Positions 13,801-26,713 of a DNA stretch of 54,261 bases are shown in pieces; position 1 is the first letter of the stretch; each line of letters starts with the position of its first letter. This DNA is from Gonapodya sp. JEL0774 (lineage: Eukaryota). The position numbers and the translations under genes are program-made. The stretch spans positions 62,001 to 116,261 of the forward strand of contig JADIIX010000068.1 in the NCBI GenBank assembly GCA_027604505.1, in the 5' to 3' direction. Below the pieces are notes generated by a model that was given only the letters and a program-made list of their open reading frames with translations, did not search any database and was not told the origin of the DNA.

Positions 13801-16800
13801 AGGCGAATCGCTGCGATATCCGTTGCTCAGAGAGTGGCAGCAGAGAGGGGTGAAAAATTGGGCCGAAGTACGGGTTATCAGGTTCGATTTGAGTCAGTCT
13901 CCCCAGAGAGACATGGTAGTATTCTGTTTTGCACAACCGGCATTCTATTGAGGAAGATGCACGAGGCCGGGCTTGGACTGGAAGATGGAAGTGCCGAGCT
14001 TCAGAATGACGGTGCAGCAACAGCGAACTCAGATGCGGACAACGTATTCAACGAGATAACGCACGTGGTTGTAGACGAATGCCATGAACGGTGAGTGAAT
14101 GCGGAATATTAGTCTGTACGATTTTCGTAATTTATACCGTTTGAAAAGTGACATGAACATCGACTTTTTACTTGTTGTGCTGAAGAAGGTATGGAAAGAA
14201 CGGCGGAAGCGAGGCCTCCCAGCGATCAAGCTCGTTTTAATGTCTGCAACCATACAAGCCGATCTATTTGCCAAGTATTTCGAAGAAGCAGACATCATCG
14301 GTGACCGTTTGAAACGCGGAGGAGTTCCTATTGTAGAGGTACCAGGGAGAACATTCCCCGTCAGGTACCATTACCTGGAGGACATCGTCTCCACGCTAAG
14401 AAAAGAGTACCCCGAGAGAGTTGCGCCACATCTGTACAATCTTGATACACGACGCTATCTGGACCGAGAATATCGACTGGAGGGTATTGTGGCCGAGGAT
14501 GAACGCCGGGGTTTGATGCCGGCGGCACCCGTTCCAAACAGAGAACCAAGGAACTCGGGAAATGTTCGCAAGCAAAAAGGATATGATGATGCATCCTCAG
14601 ACGATGACGAGTCAGAGTCGGACTCAGAGCTTGGGGACGACAAGAATTTCGATGACCTGTCTGCATGGGGTGTAAACAGAGCGCGAACAGCAACACGGAA
14701 CCCCGCTTATGATGAAGGAGCCGACGAAGTACCGTATGGAATCCTTGCAACTACGATAGTACACATCTGTCGGAGTGCGAAGGACAGCGGTGGAATTCTA
14801 TGCTTTCTTCCTGGGTGGTGAGTTGTGAAGGTCACTGAAATGTGAGCCGCGGCAGATGTAACCTATGTTGTGTGATCTCTTAGGGAGGAGATCACGAAGC
14901 TCCATCGTTTTCTGACGGCCGATTCTTCTGCCTTGTTTCGCGAGACGTTCGCTAATCCCCAGACCTTCAAGATTTACCTGCTTCATTCGACTATTCCTGT
15001 GGTCCAACAACAAGCTGTATTCGAGACTCTTCCTGCATCATGCAGGAAAATTATACTTTCTACTAATATTGCTGAAACTTCCCTCACGATCCCTGATATT
15101 GTCTATGTCGTCGATAGCTCACGAGTCCGGGAAAAGCGTTATGACCCTTCTAGGAGAATGACTGACCTTGTCCTCAGCTGGGTCTCCCAAGCGAACGCTA
15201 AGCAGAGGGCGGGTCGGGCAGGTCGGGTGCGAGAAGGGGAATATTACACCGTCATTTCACGGACACGTTGGGAGCGGGTCCTGAATCCATATCAAATCCC
15301 TGAGATTGCTCGATCAGATTTACAAGAACTTGCCCTGCACATCAAGGCGTTGGAGATTCCCATGAGAGATCAATGGGGTAAACTGGACTCAATTGCCGAC
15401 GTCCTGGAGCAAGCACTGCAACCCCCAGACAAAGTTGCTGTTGATGAAGCAATCAAGAATTTGAAGTCGCTCCACGCGTTGGACCGATATGAGAATCTGA
15501 CTCCGCTAGGTACGGGAACTCACGGAGTCGAGCATGCATCGGCTTCTAATGTGTAGCTCCATATTTGTACAGGCAGGGCACTCGCTGCTCTTCCTTTGGA
15601 ACCGACGTTTGGGAGAATGGTTTTACTTGGCGTTTTGTTCAAGGTATGAGAGCTACGTCAGCAACATATTCTGCTGATGTGTCCTTGATCGTTTTTTCCC
15701 CAGTGTCTGGATCCCATCTTGACATTGGCCGCTGGAATTACAAACCGAGATCCGTTTGTTTATCCTCCCGATACACGCGACGAAGTTCGAAAGCAGAAGG
15801 TATGGTGGACGGGTGGCGAGCGCTCGGACCACCTTGTGCTCTTGAATGTCTGGCGGGAATGGGTTAAGAAAAAAACCGAGGTTCAACAGCGTTACGGCAC
15901 CGCCACCGGTCGCGCGCCCGACGGTGCCGACAACATGTGGGTCCATACTGAGCTAAAAGTTTGGCTGGAAACCAAATCATTGGGCAAGATCACCCTATTA
16001 ACCATTGAAAAGGTTAGAGTGCATATTTACTCTATCCTTGTGAAGAGTGGTTTCGTCTCGGATCCAGCCGCGCCAACGTTCGGAGGGCGAAGGGCGTTTG
16101 AAATTCAACACAACCCGTTGGACGTCCTCGGCGGGTCAGAGCTTAACCGAAACTCGAATAACATTCCTCTCATTCGAGCACTCTTGTACTCAGCTCACTA
16201 TCTCAATCTAACCATTCGGACAGACAAAAAAACATGGAAAACGCAGAAGGAGACATGCAACATGCATCCCGGTACAATCAATGCCGCGAAATATGAGGGT
16301 GATTTTCTTGCGCACGAACTGACCAAACTCGGTCCATCGAACTTATTTGAGCACGTGAACAATGTCAACATCAACCCAAAAGGCACAGGAACTCTATACT
16401 ACTACGCCGAAAAAGTGAAGACAGGAATGGTATTCTTGCGTGGTACCGCCAGAATTGACCCTCTGGATGCAGTGTTATTTGGAGATGCAAAAGTATCCCA
16501 CACGCACTCCGCAAGATCTCGCATGGGGCACTATTATGGCGATTCAAGTCTGGCTTGTTTCATCGTTGATGGGTGGCTTCGAATCGGAGAGAAAGATGAC
16601 CGCATAGTTGCAATTCTCGAAGAGTGGAAAGAAGCTTTAGGAACTTGTCTGGAGTTCTTTTATCGTAATCCACCAGGACTCCAGAATGGCTTCCGTCGAA
16701 CTCCAAGTTCCCCCTTCCGTGGTGACCATCGTGAGAATTCTGCGCGAATCGGTCAAAGTGATCCTCGCAGTCACTCAACTGGAGATCGAGATTTTATCAT

Positions 16801-17640
16801 CGATGACGGCTCGGACGAGGACGAAGACGAAATTGGAATTCAAGATTCAGCGGGGGAATCTCGAGAAAGAAATCGAGATTATGTGCAATTTAAAGACTCG
16901 AAAATGGGGAGGGACTTAGAATGGGCTTTTGCCGAGAGGATTGTTCAGGATGTTGCGAATGTGATCCAGAATGAGTTTGGGTCGGGTGAGGGCTCCGCCC
17001 GAGAAGCTCTTGGAGCTGCTTACGATGCATATCAGGTAGGTAGCCCTGTTCCTCGAAAGAACGCTGAGCTGCAACTAGATGTCGCCACGCGCGACGAACA
17101 AAGAACTCGGGAATCGCCAAACATGGAGGTCCGGAGGGACAACTTACCAAGGAGGGAAACCGACAGCTGGCGACCTTCGAAAGGCGGGAGTGTCGATAAC
17201 AAGGATTCGCGAGCAGGAAGAAGTAGGTCGAGGAGCAGCGAAGTCCAACGCTCCACAGTCAGGGGAAGGTGCGTCGAGTACTTCTCGGCAAGTGTGATTT
17301 TCGTGTGACGGCACTTCTCCACAGATCACGTTCGCGCTCACGGTCTCTCTCGCGAATCTCACGATCAAGAGACCAGCGAATCAGAGACACGAATGGAGAT
17401 TCTCTCCGAGTTGCAGAGGCGGATGATCGCTCTCAAAGGGATAGCCGCTTCCACTCTCCCGTTCGCGAGTCGCCTCTCTCGGAAACCTTGCTGGACAAGA
17501 GTGTATCGCGTCGTGGTGATTATTGGCGACCATCTGATATTGTATCCGCCCGTGGTGTTGAGACTGTCGCGTCGCGAAGGGAACACAAGTCACAAACTCT
17601 AGGTGCACTTAAACATCCACTCCCACCAAAGCCCACGTAA
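10886..17640 (+). CDS. DExH-box RNA helicase (DHX9/DHX30/DHX36-like) with N-terminal dsRBD-like repeats and Arg/Ser-rich tail
   Basis: GATGSGKTTQVPQ, TQPRRIAA, VDECHER, LMSAT, FLPGW, STNIAETSLTI, QRAGRAGR and an HA2 region. Three G..KK.A helices upstream. Confidence 0.93.
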
Positions 17641-17952
17641 CTATTAGATAGCCCGTAGCCACTGTCATCTCATAATTTTGTATGTTTCATTGCAGCGACC
17701 CAGTATAGACGACATGCAATATTACAACAACACCGAAGATCCACCATAAACTTGAGAGCATATAAGATGAGAATGTTTTTCCATGTCGGAAAATAGATCA
17801 CTTGTCGATAGTGGAAAAGAGAGAGAAGGAAAAGAACAGGTAGTGGCGAGCCTTTACTTTAGCCGTAGCTCGATCAATCAATTCGGCAATGTATTGTGGT
17901 CCTGCACTGTGACCCCACCTCTCTCTGAACACCACCCAACATTCGTCCCCCG

Positions 17953-20900
17953 ATGCATGGTGAAGAAGACCAACGCCCCCCAGCGAAACGACAGCGTAGA
18001 TCTCGCTCAAAAGCAGACGAAGAAGTTCCACCACCACCGCGCATTCCAGACGAGGAGGCCGACTCTGACGACGAGCGGGAAGAAAACTTCCGGTTCGATG
18101 ACTCTACCCTATCTTCGCATCGAAGCTGCAACTTGTGAGTTATGATGAATCGCATTGAGAAAATTCCGGTGAGCTTATCTCCAAAAACGACGATGATTCC
18201 TTCGCAGATGTGCTCGTCTGCATGATCGATGTGATATGAGGCAACCTTGTGCACCTTGCCTGCGGAGGGGCGAAGAGGTTGGTTTCCTTGGCGCTCCAGG
18301 ATCGTAACGTGTATACCATAGCTCATGGAGTCTTTGCCTATCGGGCAGTGCACATATGAGCGACAACGAGCGATGCCGGGACCACCGAAGGGATGGTGAA
18401 TTGAGCTTGATTGCCTCCACACAGCACTACCAAATATCTTCACTTTGCCCTCTCTTCAGGCTTGACGAGATTTCTACTCGAGTTCTTCAGCTTTCTTACC
18501 TGGTGAAACCGGTCGACGGAAAGTCTTTCATTGAAGCAACCGACGTCAGAACATCAGGTGGAAAGAAGAAGCGTCACCTGAAAAAACGATTAGAGGAAGC
18601 ATTAGATCGATTGGAGGAATTTGTTCACGCGAAGCTGGATGTTGAGAGGCCCTACAGTGTGCCGGTGGTTCCCCCAGTTGCTGCGCGCAGAGTGTCCTTC
18701 AACGATGGTGGGATTCTAGGACCCTCTTCCGCGAAGGAGCAGCCAGAACGAAGAATGGCGATTTCGAGAATCGTGGAGACGGGAGGCGCCACACGTGGGG
18801 GCAATCGTAAAAAGCCCAGCAGTGCGGTGCGCTCGACTCAAGTCTTCGTGGGAGACTTCCTCGAGTCTTACCCGAACGCATCAAACTTTATGACAGACCT
18901 TTTTGAGACCTTTAACTTCAACAACACTGAGTTGGATGGTGACGGCGATCTTCTAGGCACTGCTACGGGCACATCTGGGAATGGGGACCCGAACAGTATT
19001 CCAACCCACCTGGGCCTTCCACCTTCATTTTTCGACTTTGATCAATCGACACTTGCCTCCACACTTTCTGCGGAAGACGTTCTCAACTCCTTGAGTGAAC
19101 AAATCTTGGGTATTCAAAAGGATGTCGTGGAGAATCAGCAAATCTGGTCTCCAGCAAATCTCGACAGGGCTTCTATCAGTTCCGGCGAGCTATTGGTAGC
19201 AAGGCCACCCGTGTTTTCATTTGCTGATCGAGAACTGTCTGGCAGCAGCGACAGTCCGGTGGTGAAAGCAGATCCTATTCCGATGCCGAAGTCCGTATCC
19301 GTATTCGATGACCTTCCACCGCTTCCAGATGATGATATCATGCACTGTCTCCTTCAGCAATTTTATGTGCGGAGCTGGAACATCAGACATTTTTTTGTGA
19401 GTCCTGTTACTTTCTCGCTCAACACCGTGAGATTACCAACTTTTGGTGCTTCTGCCCTTCAATCAAGCCTTCGATCCCTTGGTGAGGACTTATATTGAGG
19501 CATATGAGCCGGAAAGTTTTGTTAACAGTGCAAACACTGTGGATTCAGTATGCACCGCCCAACCTTTATTCGTTCACTACATCTCCAGAATCCCTTCCTC
19601 GTCTTCTCTATGCTTGCTGTTGGCTCGCTGGAGCCTTTGGCCACCGTTTGTGCTTTTACGGAGCAGCAGTTGTTAGCAGCTGGCACCAACGTCTTCCAGC
19701 GATGCAAGCGATTATTGTTGCCCTCCATCGAAGCAACGATGTTACACCATTCGACTATCGAAGGTCTCACTCTGTTTGCACAGTACGCCAATATCAAAGA
19801 TAGGGCATTTATGTATATGACAGTTGGAATGGCAGTGGCAAAAGGTGAGATGCACAAATACTAACGCCCTCTCCCAATCGCGTTACATGATCACCTTTGT
19901 GTGACCTCAGTTCGAGAATCTGGTCTTTTGACTGATCCTAATCTTGTCACAACCAAAAAGATGGACTGGAGGGAGGCGGAAGAGCGACGGCGCGTGGGAT
20001 GGGCTGCAGTGTCGATCGACCGATTGGCAGGCTTACTCGTGTCACGAACGCCATTCTTAGATGAAAGCGAGATAAAACTGGAAATGCCTTGCAGGTAAGC
20101 ATCACTCGTGGCCCTCAGACAAGCTGTAACCCAATTGGTTGCCCACACACAAGTTCCGCGAAATGGGAGTCAAACCCCAACATCCCAATCAACCTGAACG
20201 CCCAAGTTATCCCCGAAGAAGTCCCCGAAGAAGTCCCAGAAGTCACGACACTGGAGCTTTTACGAGTGAGAAGGCTTTTATGGAGTGCAGGTGATATCCG
20301 CAACTGAACTCTCTTCTCAGGTTCTCGGTACCGCGTTGTGCATGAAACGCAAGATACCGCACGAAGAGTACACCATATCCCCGCAGTTTCAAGAACTTGA
20401 ATTGCGTTTATGTGACTGGCTCAATGTCTTCTTGAATGCAAATGGAGGCTGTAGGTTCCGTTAAGGTAGAAATATTCAACGATTCTTGTCGCAACACTGA
20501 CAGAGAACACTTGCCATCTTGAAGGGTCGAACGCAACCGACCCCGCCCTGGCACGTGCTCTGATGTTCTACAGTAAGTGCTTTAAGTTCTCTCGTGACTG
20601 TTGCAATGCTAATTCATTTTTCAGACCTCACCGGAACTGTTCTACACACTCCTGTCAATTTTGCTTTTGCGCCACGTCCCTGGGTGAAATCAAGCAACTT
20701 CACTTCGGCCGTCATGCATGCCACTTCGATCACTTTCATGTGCCAGCGTCCCGAGATGGAATCACTCTTCTATGGCCCTCTTCCCGTCCTGTTTTTATTT
20801 CAGAGTGCCTTAGTGCATGGTTCGTTAAAAGCAAATGTATTCTGTGGATGTACAGGCTAACCCGCCCAATCTCCTTGTCTCATCCTGTTTTGTCACTGAT

Positions 20901-21211
20901 GTTCTCGTCAAACTGATTTACTACTCTAAACCGTATAACCGTCCAATTGCTATCAAATCGCATCAGTTGCGAGGATCCGAGCAGGAGTGGATATTGCTGA
21001 AGCCGCTCGGGACACGGAAATTCACGCCACACTTATTGCCAAGAGCTCCAAATTGTTTTTCCTTGCAGACTTGTTCGCCAGAGATCTTCGCAGACTGAAA
21101 GACATTGCGGAAGCAGACCACCGGAACAAACGGTTACTGGTTGCTTGAAAAATATTTACATGATGCATGTCTACAAACTTATGAAAGTCTTCTCGCACAG
21201 ATTGTATTGTA
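17953..21211 (+). CDS. Zn(II)2Cys6 fungal transcription factor with fungal-specific TF middle domain
   Basis: Spliced CNL|CARLHDRCDMRQPCAPCLRRGEE|C = C-x2-C-x6-C-x5-C-x2-C-x6-C. Middle-homology motif EAEERRRVGWAAVSIDR. The 3' end is approximate. Confidence 0.85.
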
Positions 21212-22053
21212 ATTGAATTCTTTCCATCTGGATGTTTGTGTGCACGGCAGACTAGTGCGAACTTTGATGTTCACGATTCACAAACAAAAGATCAAGAATC
21301 AATAGTTGACATAAAGCTCCTTATCCCCATCCTCTGTAAACAAACTCAAAGATGACTTTATTCTTGAACAAAATGAAGAACACCTTTTTGACATGTTGCG
21401 TCAGACAAACCATTGCCTCTCGCTAAGATCTCTCGATACTTTACTCGTCAGTTTTATTCCGGTCCATTACTCCATTACGTTGGTCGCCAAAGGTGGACTT
21501 TGGGAACTGCTTGCTCCTCGTCCTCGTACCCACGTGCTCACGCATTCAAAGAACTTTTGTCACTTGGGAGCGGAAGCTGATCTGTAGGACGTCGGTCCCA
21601 AAGCACGCTTGCACTCTCCACGGTCAATTGATATATCGAATGCCATACTGCTTCCCTCCTATTCTCTCGATGAAATCCATACGAGGGAGCTCTAAACGTA
21701 CCTAATATATTCCTGGAGTCAGTCCACGTCGCGGATCTCAAACCGGCGCTGTGTACACATCGACTTGTGAGCACTTTGAATGTGACCTTGATGAACCTTG
21801 ATATTCTTTTCAGCGGAAATTCACTGGCGTTTGCTCCCCCTAGGCCCCAAGTGAAGGGAGCCGAGTAGAAGAGAGCGTGCCGCGCGAGGGACCAAGCAAC
21901 TGTGGCTCGGCCCTCCCTGCGACCCCACCCCCATTCAAACCAAATGGGGGCTGTGGCATCCTCTCTGTCCCCGTTTCTTCACAGCCAAATGAAAGCTAAA
22001 CCAGAGATTTACATAACGCCTTAGAAATGACCACTTCAAACATTCCAATACAA

Positions 22054-23823
22054 CTAAGCCTTTGACTGCAACCAAGGCTTCCCCACACCCCCGACACAGA
22101 CTTGTAGTCCTTTTTTCACCGCCGGTCGCTGCATGATGCGGTCACACCAAGCCTGTTGACACATAGAAGGGCGTTTATTGAAAATCTTCTCAAGTGATGT
22201 GTTTTGCACCTGAACTCACCATTGCATATTTGTACTTGTCGACGCCCAAAAATTCGCGAGCCCTCACTCCCTGCGGAAAAATAAATGAGCTTAAAGTTCT
22301 TTTTGGTTCTCACGCTATCCGTAATTTGGAGTGACACGAACTGTGGCGTGTTTGTATCCTCCACGCAGAGTCAGAAACCAGGGCATGCACCTGAGGAAGA
22401 TAAAGTTGACACAGCGCGAAGATGTTCAGACAGAGGATATCATCCTACATCATATCCGCAATTGTGTATTCATCTCCTGGTAGGTTGAGAGGTATTACCG
22501 TCAATAAAGCCATCGAAGTGCTTCTACAAGCGGTCAACGAACCGACGAGATACTGTCTCCCGTCGGAGAGATGCTTGTCCAGTACATCGCAAAGTCGCTG
22601 AACTTCCATGCCTTTCGGAGAGATAGTTGCAAGTGGGAACTTTTAGGACGAGAAGAAAGGCGAGGAAACTTACCATAACGAGCAACGCCATAGTCACGTG
22701 CTTGGCCTTTGTCACCAGGAGCGTACACCATCTAGAACGATAAATCAGAACATGATCAACAAGACCGTTGTAAACACGACAAGGGTCCAGATTGGCCACG
22801 TACGAAGTGGCCGTAGTTTCCGGTCATGGGCCTCATTTGGAGAAATGGTTCCCCGGGAACGTGATGTTTGCGGGGTTTCAGCTACTTTCTTGGAAGTAAC
22901 AGCAACGCGACGTATGCGAAGGCTCACCCTTGTCCACCGACTTGCCTACACAGAAATCGTGGGTTAGAGAGTTTACTGAAACCTCTCTAAAAACGTCGAT
23001 ACTCACCAAAATACCCAGCTTAACACTGCATTCAAAAGTCGTGATCAAGGATTAACAGGGGTCCGAGTTCCCGAGCATCCCCATCTGGATCTCACCTTCC
23101 GCGCGTTTTGCAGGGTCCTGAGGCAGGAACTTCCCGTGCTTCACAGCCAAATGCATGACGATCGCACCCGACTCAAACACACGAATCGGCTTGCCACTGG
23201 AGGTGCCGTAATCATACATAGCCGGGATCTATTCCCCATACGAAGAGTGTTTTATGTTGGGACGGCCGTGATAGATAGAGTCCCGTACGCGCCTTAGAGT
23301 TGGGGTTCACGCCAACAAAGCCGCTTGTAAATTGGTCACCTATAAAATTTCATGTGGGGATTGAATACTCCGTCGGTAGACGAGAAGTGAACAGTTGGAA
23401 CATCGCCCACCCTTTCCGATATTGATGGTCCAAGCATCATAGTCCACTCCAAACTCCTCGAGCGCAATCGATGCTTTGAATCCGTTGGGCGTGGGTGCCT
23501 AGAAGACAACCCCCGCGAGAAAAAAAGTGGACGGGGTCGGAATCGGTTCCACCATCTGCCGATCGACAGGCCAAATGAATTCCGCATTTCCCACCGAGTA
23601 CAGCTGGTAGGGCGCAGATCCACGCGGTAGATCACGTTGTGTGCGAGCGCCTGCAGTCGGGGCGTTGATGGCGGAAACTGGAGTGGAAGGGGGGGTGCGA
23701 ACAAGGTGTGTACAATCATGGCGGTCGATGTTCCGGTGGAGAGACCTTGCAGGACTTACAGTTGTTTCCTGCAGTTGCAGCGTACAAAGACTCAATGGTT
23801 TTCGGCGGTTGCCACTCAGACAT
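22054..23823 (-). CDS. Glutathione S-transferase / disulfide oxidoreductase, YghU (Nu-class)-like, about 10 introns
   Basis: Spliced MSEWQPPK, SAINAPTAGAR..LPRGSAPYQLYS, GDQFTSGFVGVNPNSK|IPA, RVFESGAI, GNYGHF, MEVQRLCDVLDKHL, GDEYTIADM, RPAVKKG. Confidence 0.88.
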
Positions 23824-24541
23824 CGTTGGATAAGTGAATAAGTATGTTCTGTTGAATATACGTGTGGGTTTTGCATACTGCATTACATAATCGAACCATC
23901 TCCTATGACGAATGAACCGGACAATAACGGAACTTTTCTTTCTGTATCATGTACATGTGACGAAATCTACTGGGATGACTGCAAGCATGTGTTCCGGCAC
24001 ACATATGTACCGCCAATCGGACTTCTCCCGTGCTGTTGACCTCATGGCGAGCGTACAAATCGTATCAGTGCTCAGGGGCTCTCCAGGTCCTAACTCTCCT
24101 GCTTGTCTCTTGTCCACACACTGAACTTCTCTCACAAAAGCGGTTGGAATATCCTTTGCACCGCCTCGGGTCTACTTCCCACTGCACAGCAGATGGGTCG
24201 ACTGCCCAAGGCGCAAGGCGATCCGTGAATCGCAGGGGCAATTTCACAGAGGCCCGTCCTTTTGTCCACCAGGACCTCATATCCCGCCAACGCTCATTAG
24301 ATTCCAGAGCCCCAACCACTCATCGACCATCCCCTCCACACCACAAACTATCACCCACGAGCAGTGTCACGGCTCCTCATAGCCCCGACACTCCGCTTGC
24401 CCATTTCCTTCATTGCGCGTCCACTGACACACCAGGCTCCACGGTATGTGTGCAAATTCTGTCCCAATACCGAACCATCTTTCTTTTCACTCCTCCGCGG
24501 CATCCCCTGCGATGGGGTACAAGCACGAGGTGCGGTGCGAT

Positions 24542-25776
24542 TCAGTCGTCTGGTAGTTCCAGATCGGGGTACCGTGCCACCGCATCAGCAAAATGCGTCG
24601 GGTAGGTCGCGCGAACTTTGGCGCGGAGGGATCTTTGAATTGGAGTTGGGAGGATGGGGTGGGTGGTTTTTAGTGGTGGCAGGGGCGTCATGGTTTGAGT
24701 AACAAGAACTTGTGCGGTGGACAGATTCTTCCTGACCCCGGATTTCAACCAGGGACTCTGACAGATCCGCCCGAGAGACTTCGCTTGGTTGGAATAATGG
24801 TGTGCTGCTTAGGGGAGACACACCTCGAGAACCACTTCGTGCTTCTGACATGGTGCGGCCCCACTCGCACTCACTCATTCCTCGCAGGGACCATCACGGC
24901 TCATATCCGCCCAAGATGGCGAGCAGTAACCTCGCGTGAAGCATGGAGCCAGCCACACCTCCGAGTCGCCATGGAAACCACTCTCGCGATCCACCCCGCA
25001 CCTTTCTCGTGCCCGGCACTTCACGCTGCAGAACCAAATGCTGGAAACTGAAGAAATTCACCGCCGCACGGGAACAGGAAGCCCGTCTCCCGGGCCATAC
25101 CTCCCCCCTCGATCTACACCACCACCACCACACCACGCGTACCTTATCCTCGCCTGGACTTCGTCCAAATCGGTTCTCAAATCCTTGCAGAGATGCGTAT
25201 GGTCTTCAAACCTGGACTTGTAGCGGGAGAAGGCGTCCTTGGAACGGGCAAGGGTGTGATCGAGGTGAGTGTTGAGGTTGCGGAGGGCGGTGAGGCTGCG
25301 ATATTGTAGAGGGGAATGGTGCGCGATGGAAGGTTCAGAAGTAGCGACAGGAAGCTCCAAGCGATGCTGTCAATGAGCGTCATATCGTCACCGCTGAACG
25401 CGCACGATTCAATTCGGCCTTACGGCTCCACAAGAATATTGAAAATCGATTGCGATCCGACATCGTTTGGGTGGTGTTTAACACTTCCATGCCCGATCTG
25501 CTGGTTGCATCATCACGTCACCGAGGCGTGATGTTGATCCCCGATTCTGGTAATACGCGCACAAACAAATACAGCACGCTGCTCCCTTGTTACTGTTTTT
25601 CGTAAGGAAATATCTCACGTTTCATTCTGGACCCTGTCCATCTCGTCGAGTTTGGAAACATCGATTTGCGCGAGGATTCCATCTGCGATGAGCGAGCGAG
25701 CGAGGAGGGAGGGTTGATGCGTAGTGGGAGGTACAGGGGAAGGGGAAGGGGCGGCAGGCGATGACGGCAGGTCCAT
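24542..25776 (-). CDS. KXD1: KxDL motif-containing protein (BLOC-1/BORC-associated)
   Basis: Exons 25776-25619, 25295-25143 and 24632-24542 join in frame: ILAQIDVSKLDEMDRVQNET|LTALRNLN..RFEDHTHLCKDLRTDLDEVQARIR|SLRAKVRATYPTHF. Confidence 0.8.
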
Positions 25777-26713
25777 GGTGTGCAATTCACAACAACCAGG
25801 TGTTCGGCTGCCGGTGAGTTGACGTTGCTCACGTCCAAAATTTCCATTTGGACGTTCGGTAGCGGGGATACTTTAGAAACTACTTACAAAAGCGTAACAT
25901 GAAGCGGATCATAATAATTTTAAACCGATCGAGACGTATCTGGACCGCTGCTGAAAGGACCAAATCCGGAGAAAAGAGCAACATCGACACACGAGCATTC
26001 TAATTAGTGATAAGTTACACAGCAGAGCGCTTGGGCAATTAAATTCGAATTTTGAGCACGAAGGTGGGCGCAGCAGTTGGAGATTTGCTCGTTTGCAAAA
26101 TATTACACTCGAAAACTAACTTTCCAACACATCTTTCCTAAAATTGAAAGGCGATGCAATATGCCGCCTGAGTATGAGCGAACTCCAGCTTGCTTTGACG
26201 TTGAGTAGGCGTCAACGGTCTGGAACTGCATTCGCAGCAGCAGCAGCGTTCTTCAGGAATGCACGAGAAGTTCTAAGCGGCCGAGCTGAGCGAACTCCTG
26301 TGTTGCATGTTGTCCTGTCGCTCACTCCTCTTTGAACCAATTCTCTCAACGACTCCACTTGACATTGCATTGAATCCGTAGACGATGCAGGTGAGTCTCG
26401 TCGTGCGGACTGCCTCGTATATCGACTGACTGGGCAACCACACACATGAAGAAGCAAGGACAGTAGTGAAAGCACGGAGGGAAGCAAGTCACACAAACTC
26501 CAAAAGGCGAAAATATCTTTTTCATTATTCCATTCTACTTGTATATTTCCGTAAAATGGAATTTTGAAGCGTGATGAGGGGATGACCACAGCAGCGGATG
26601 TGTGTTGGAGTGAGGGAGGTGAGTGAGACACCGGAACACGTCACAGCCGGGGATTTGAGGACCGACCGGGCAGGAAGGGAACACAGGAAAGACAGGGATC
26701 GAACTGAAAAGCG

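Noticed and set aside
21230..22000. Small gene between the TF and the GST
   Set aside because: Only short ORFs with no consistent exon chain or family motif.
24633..25142. RNase P/MRP or telomerase RNA in the long KXD1 intron
   Set aside because: No recognisable CR-I/CR-V boxes or telomere template.
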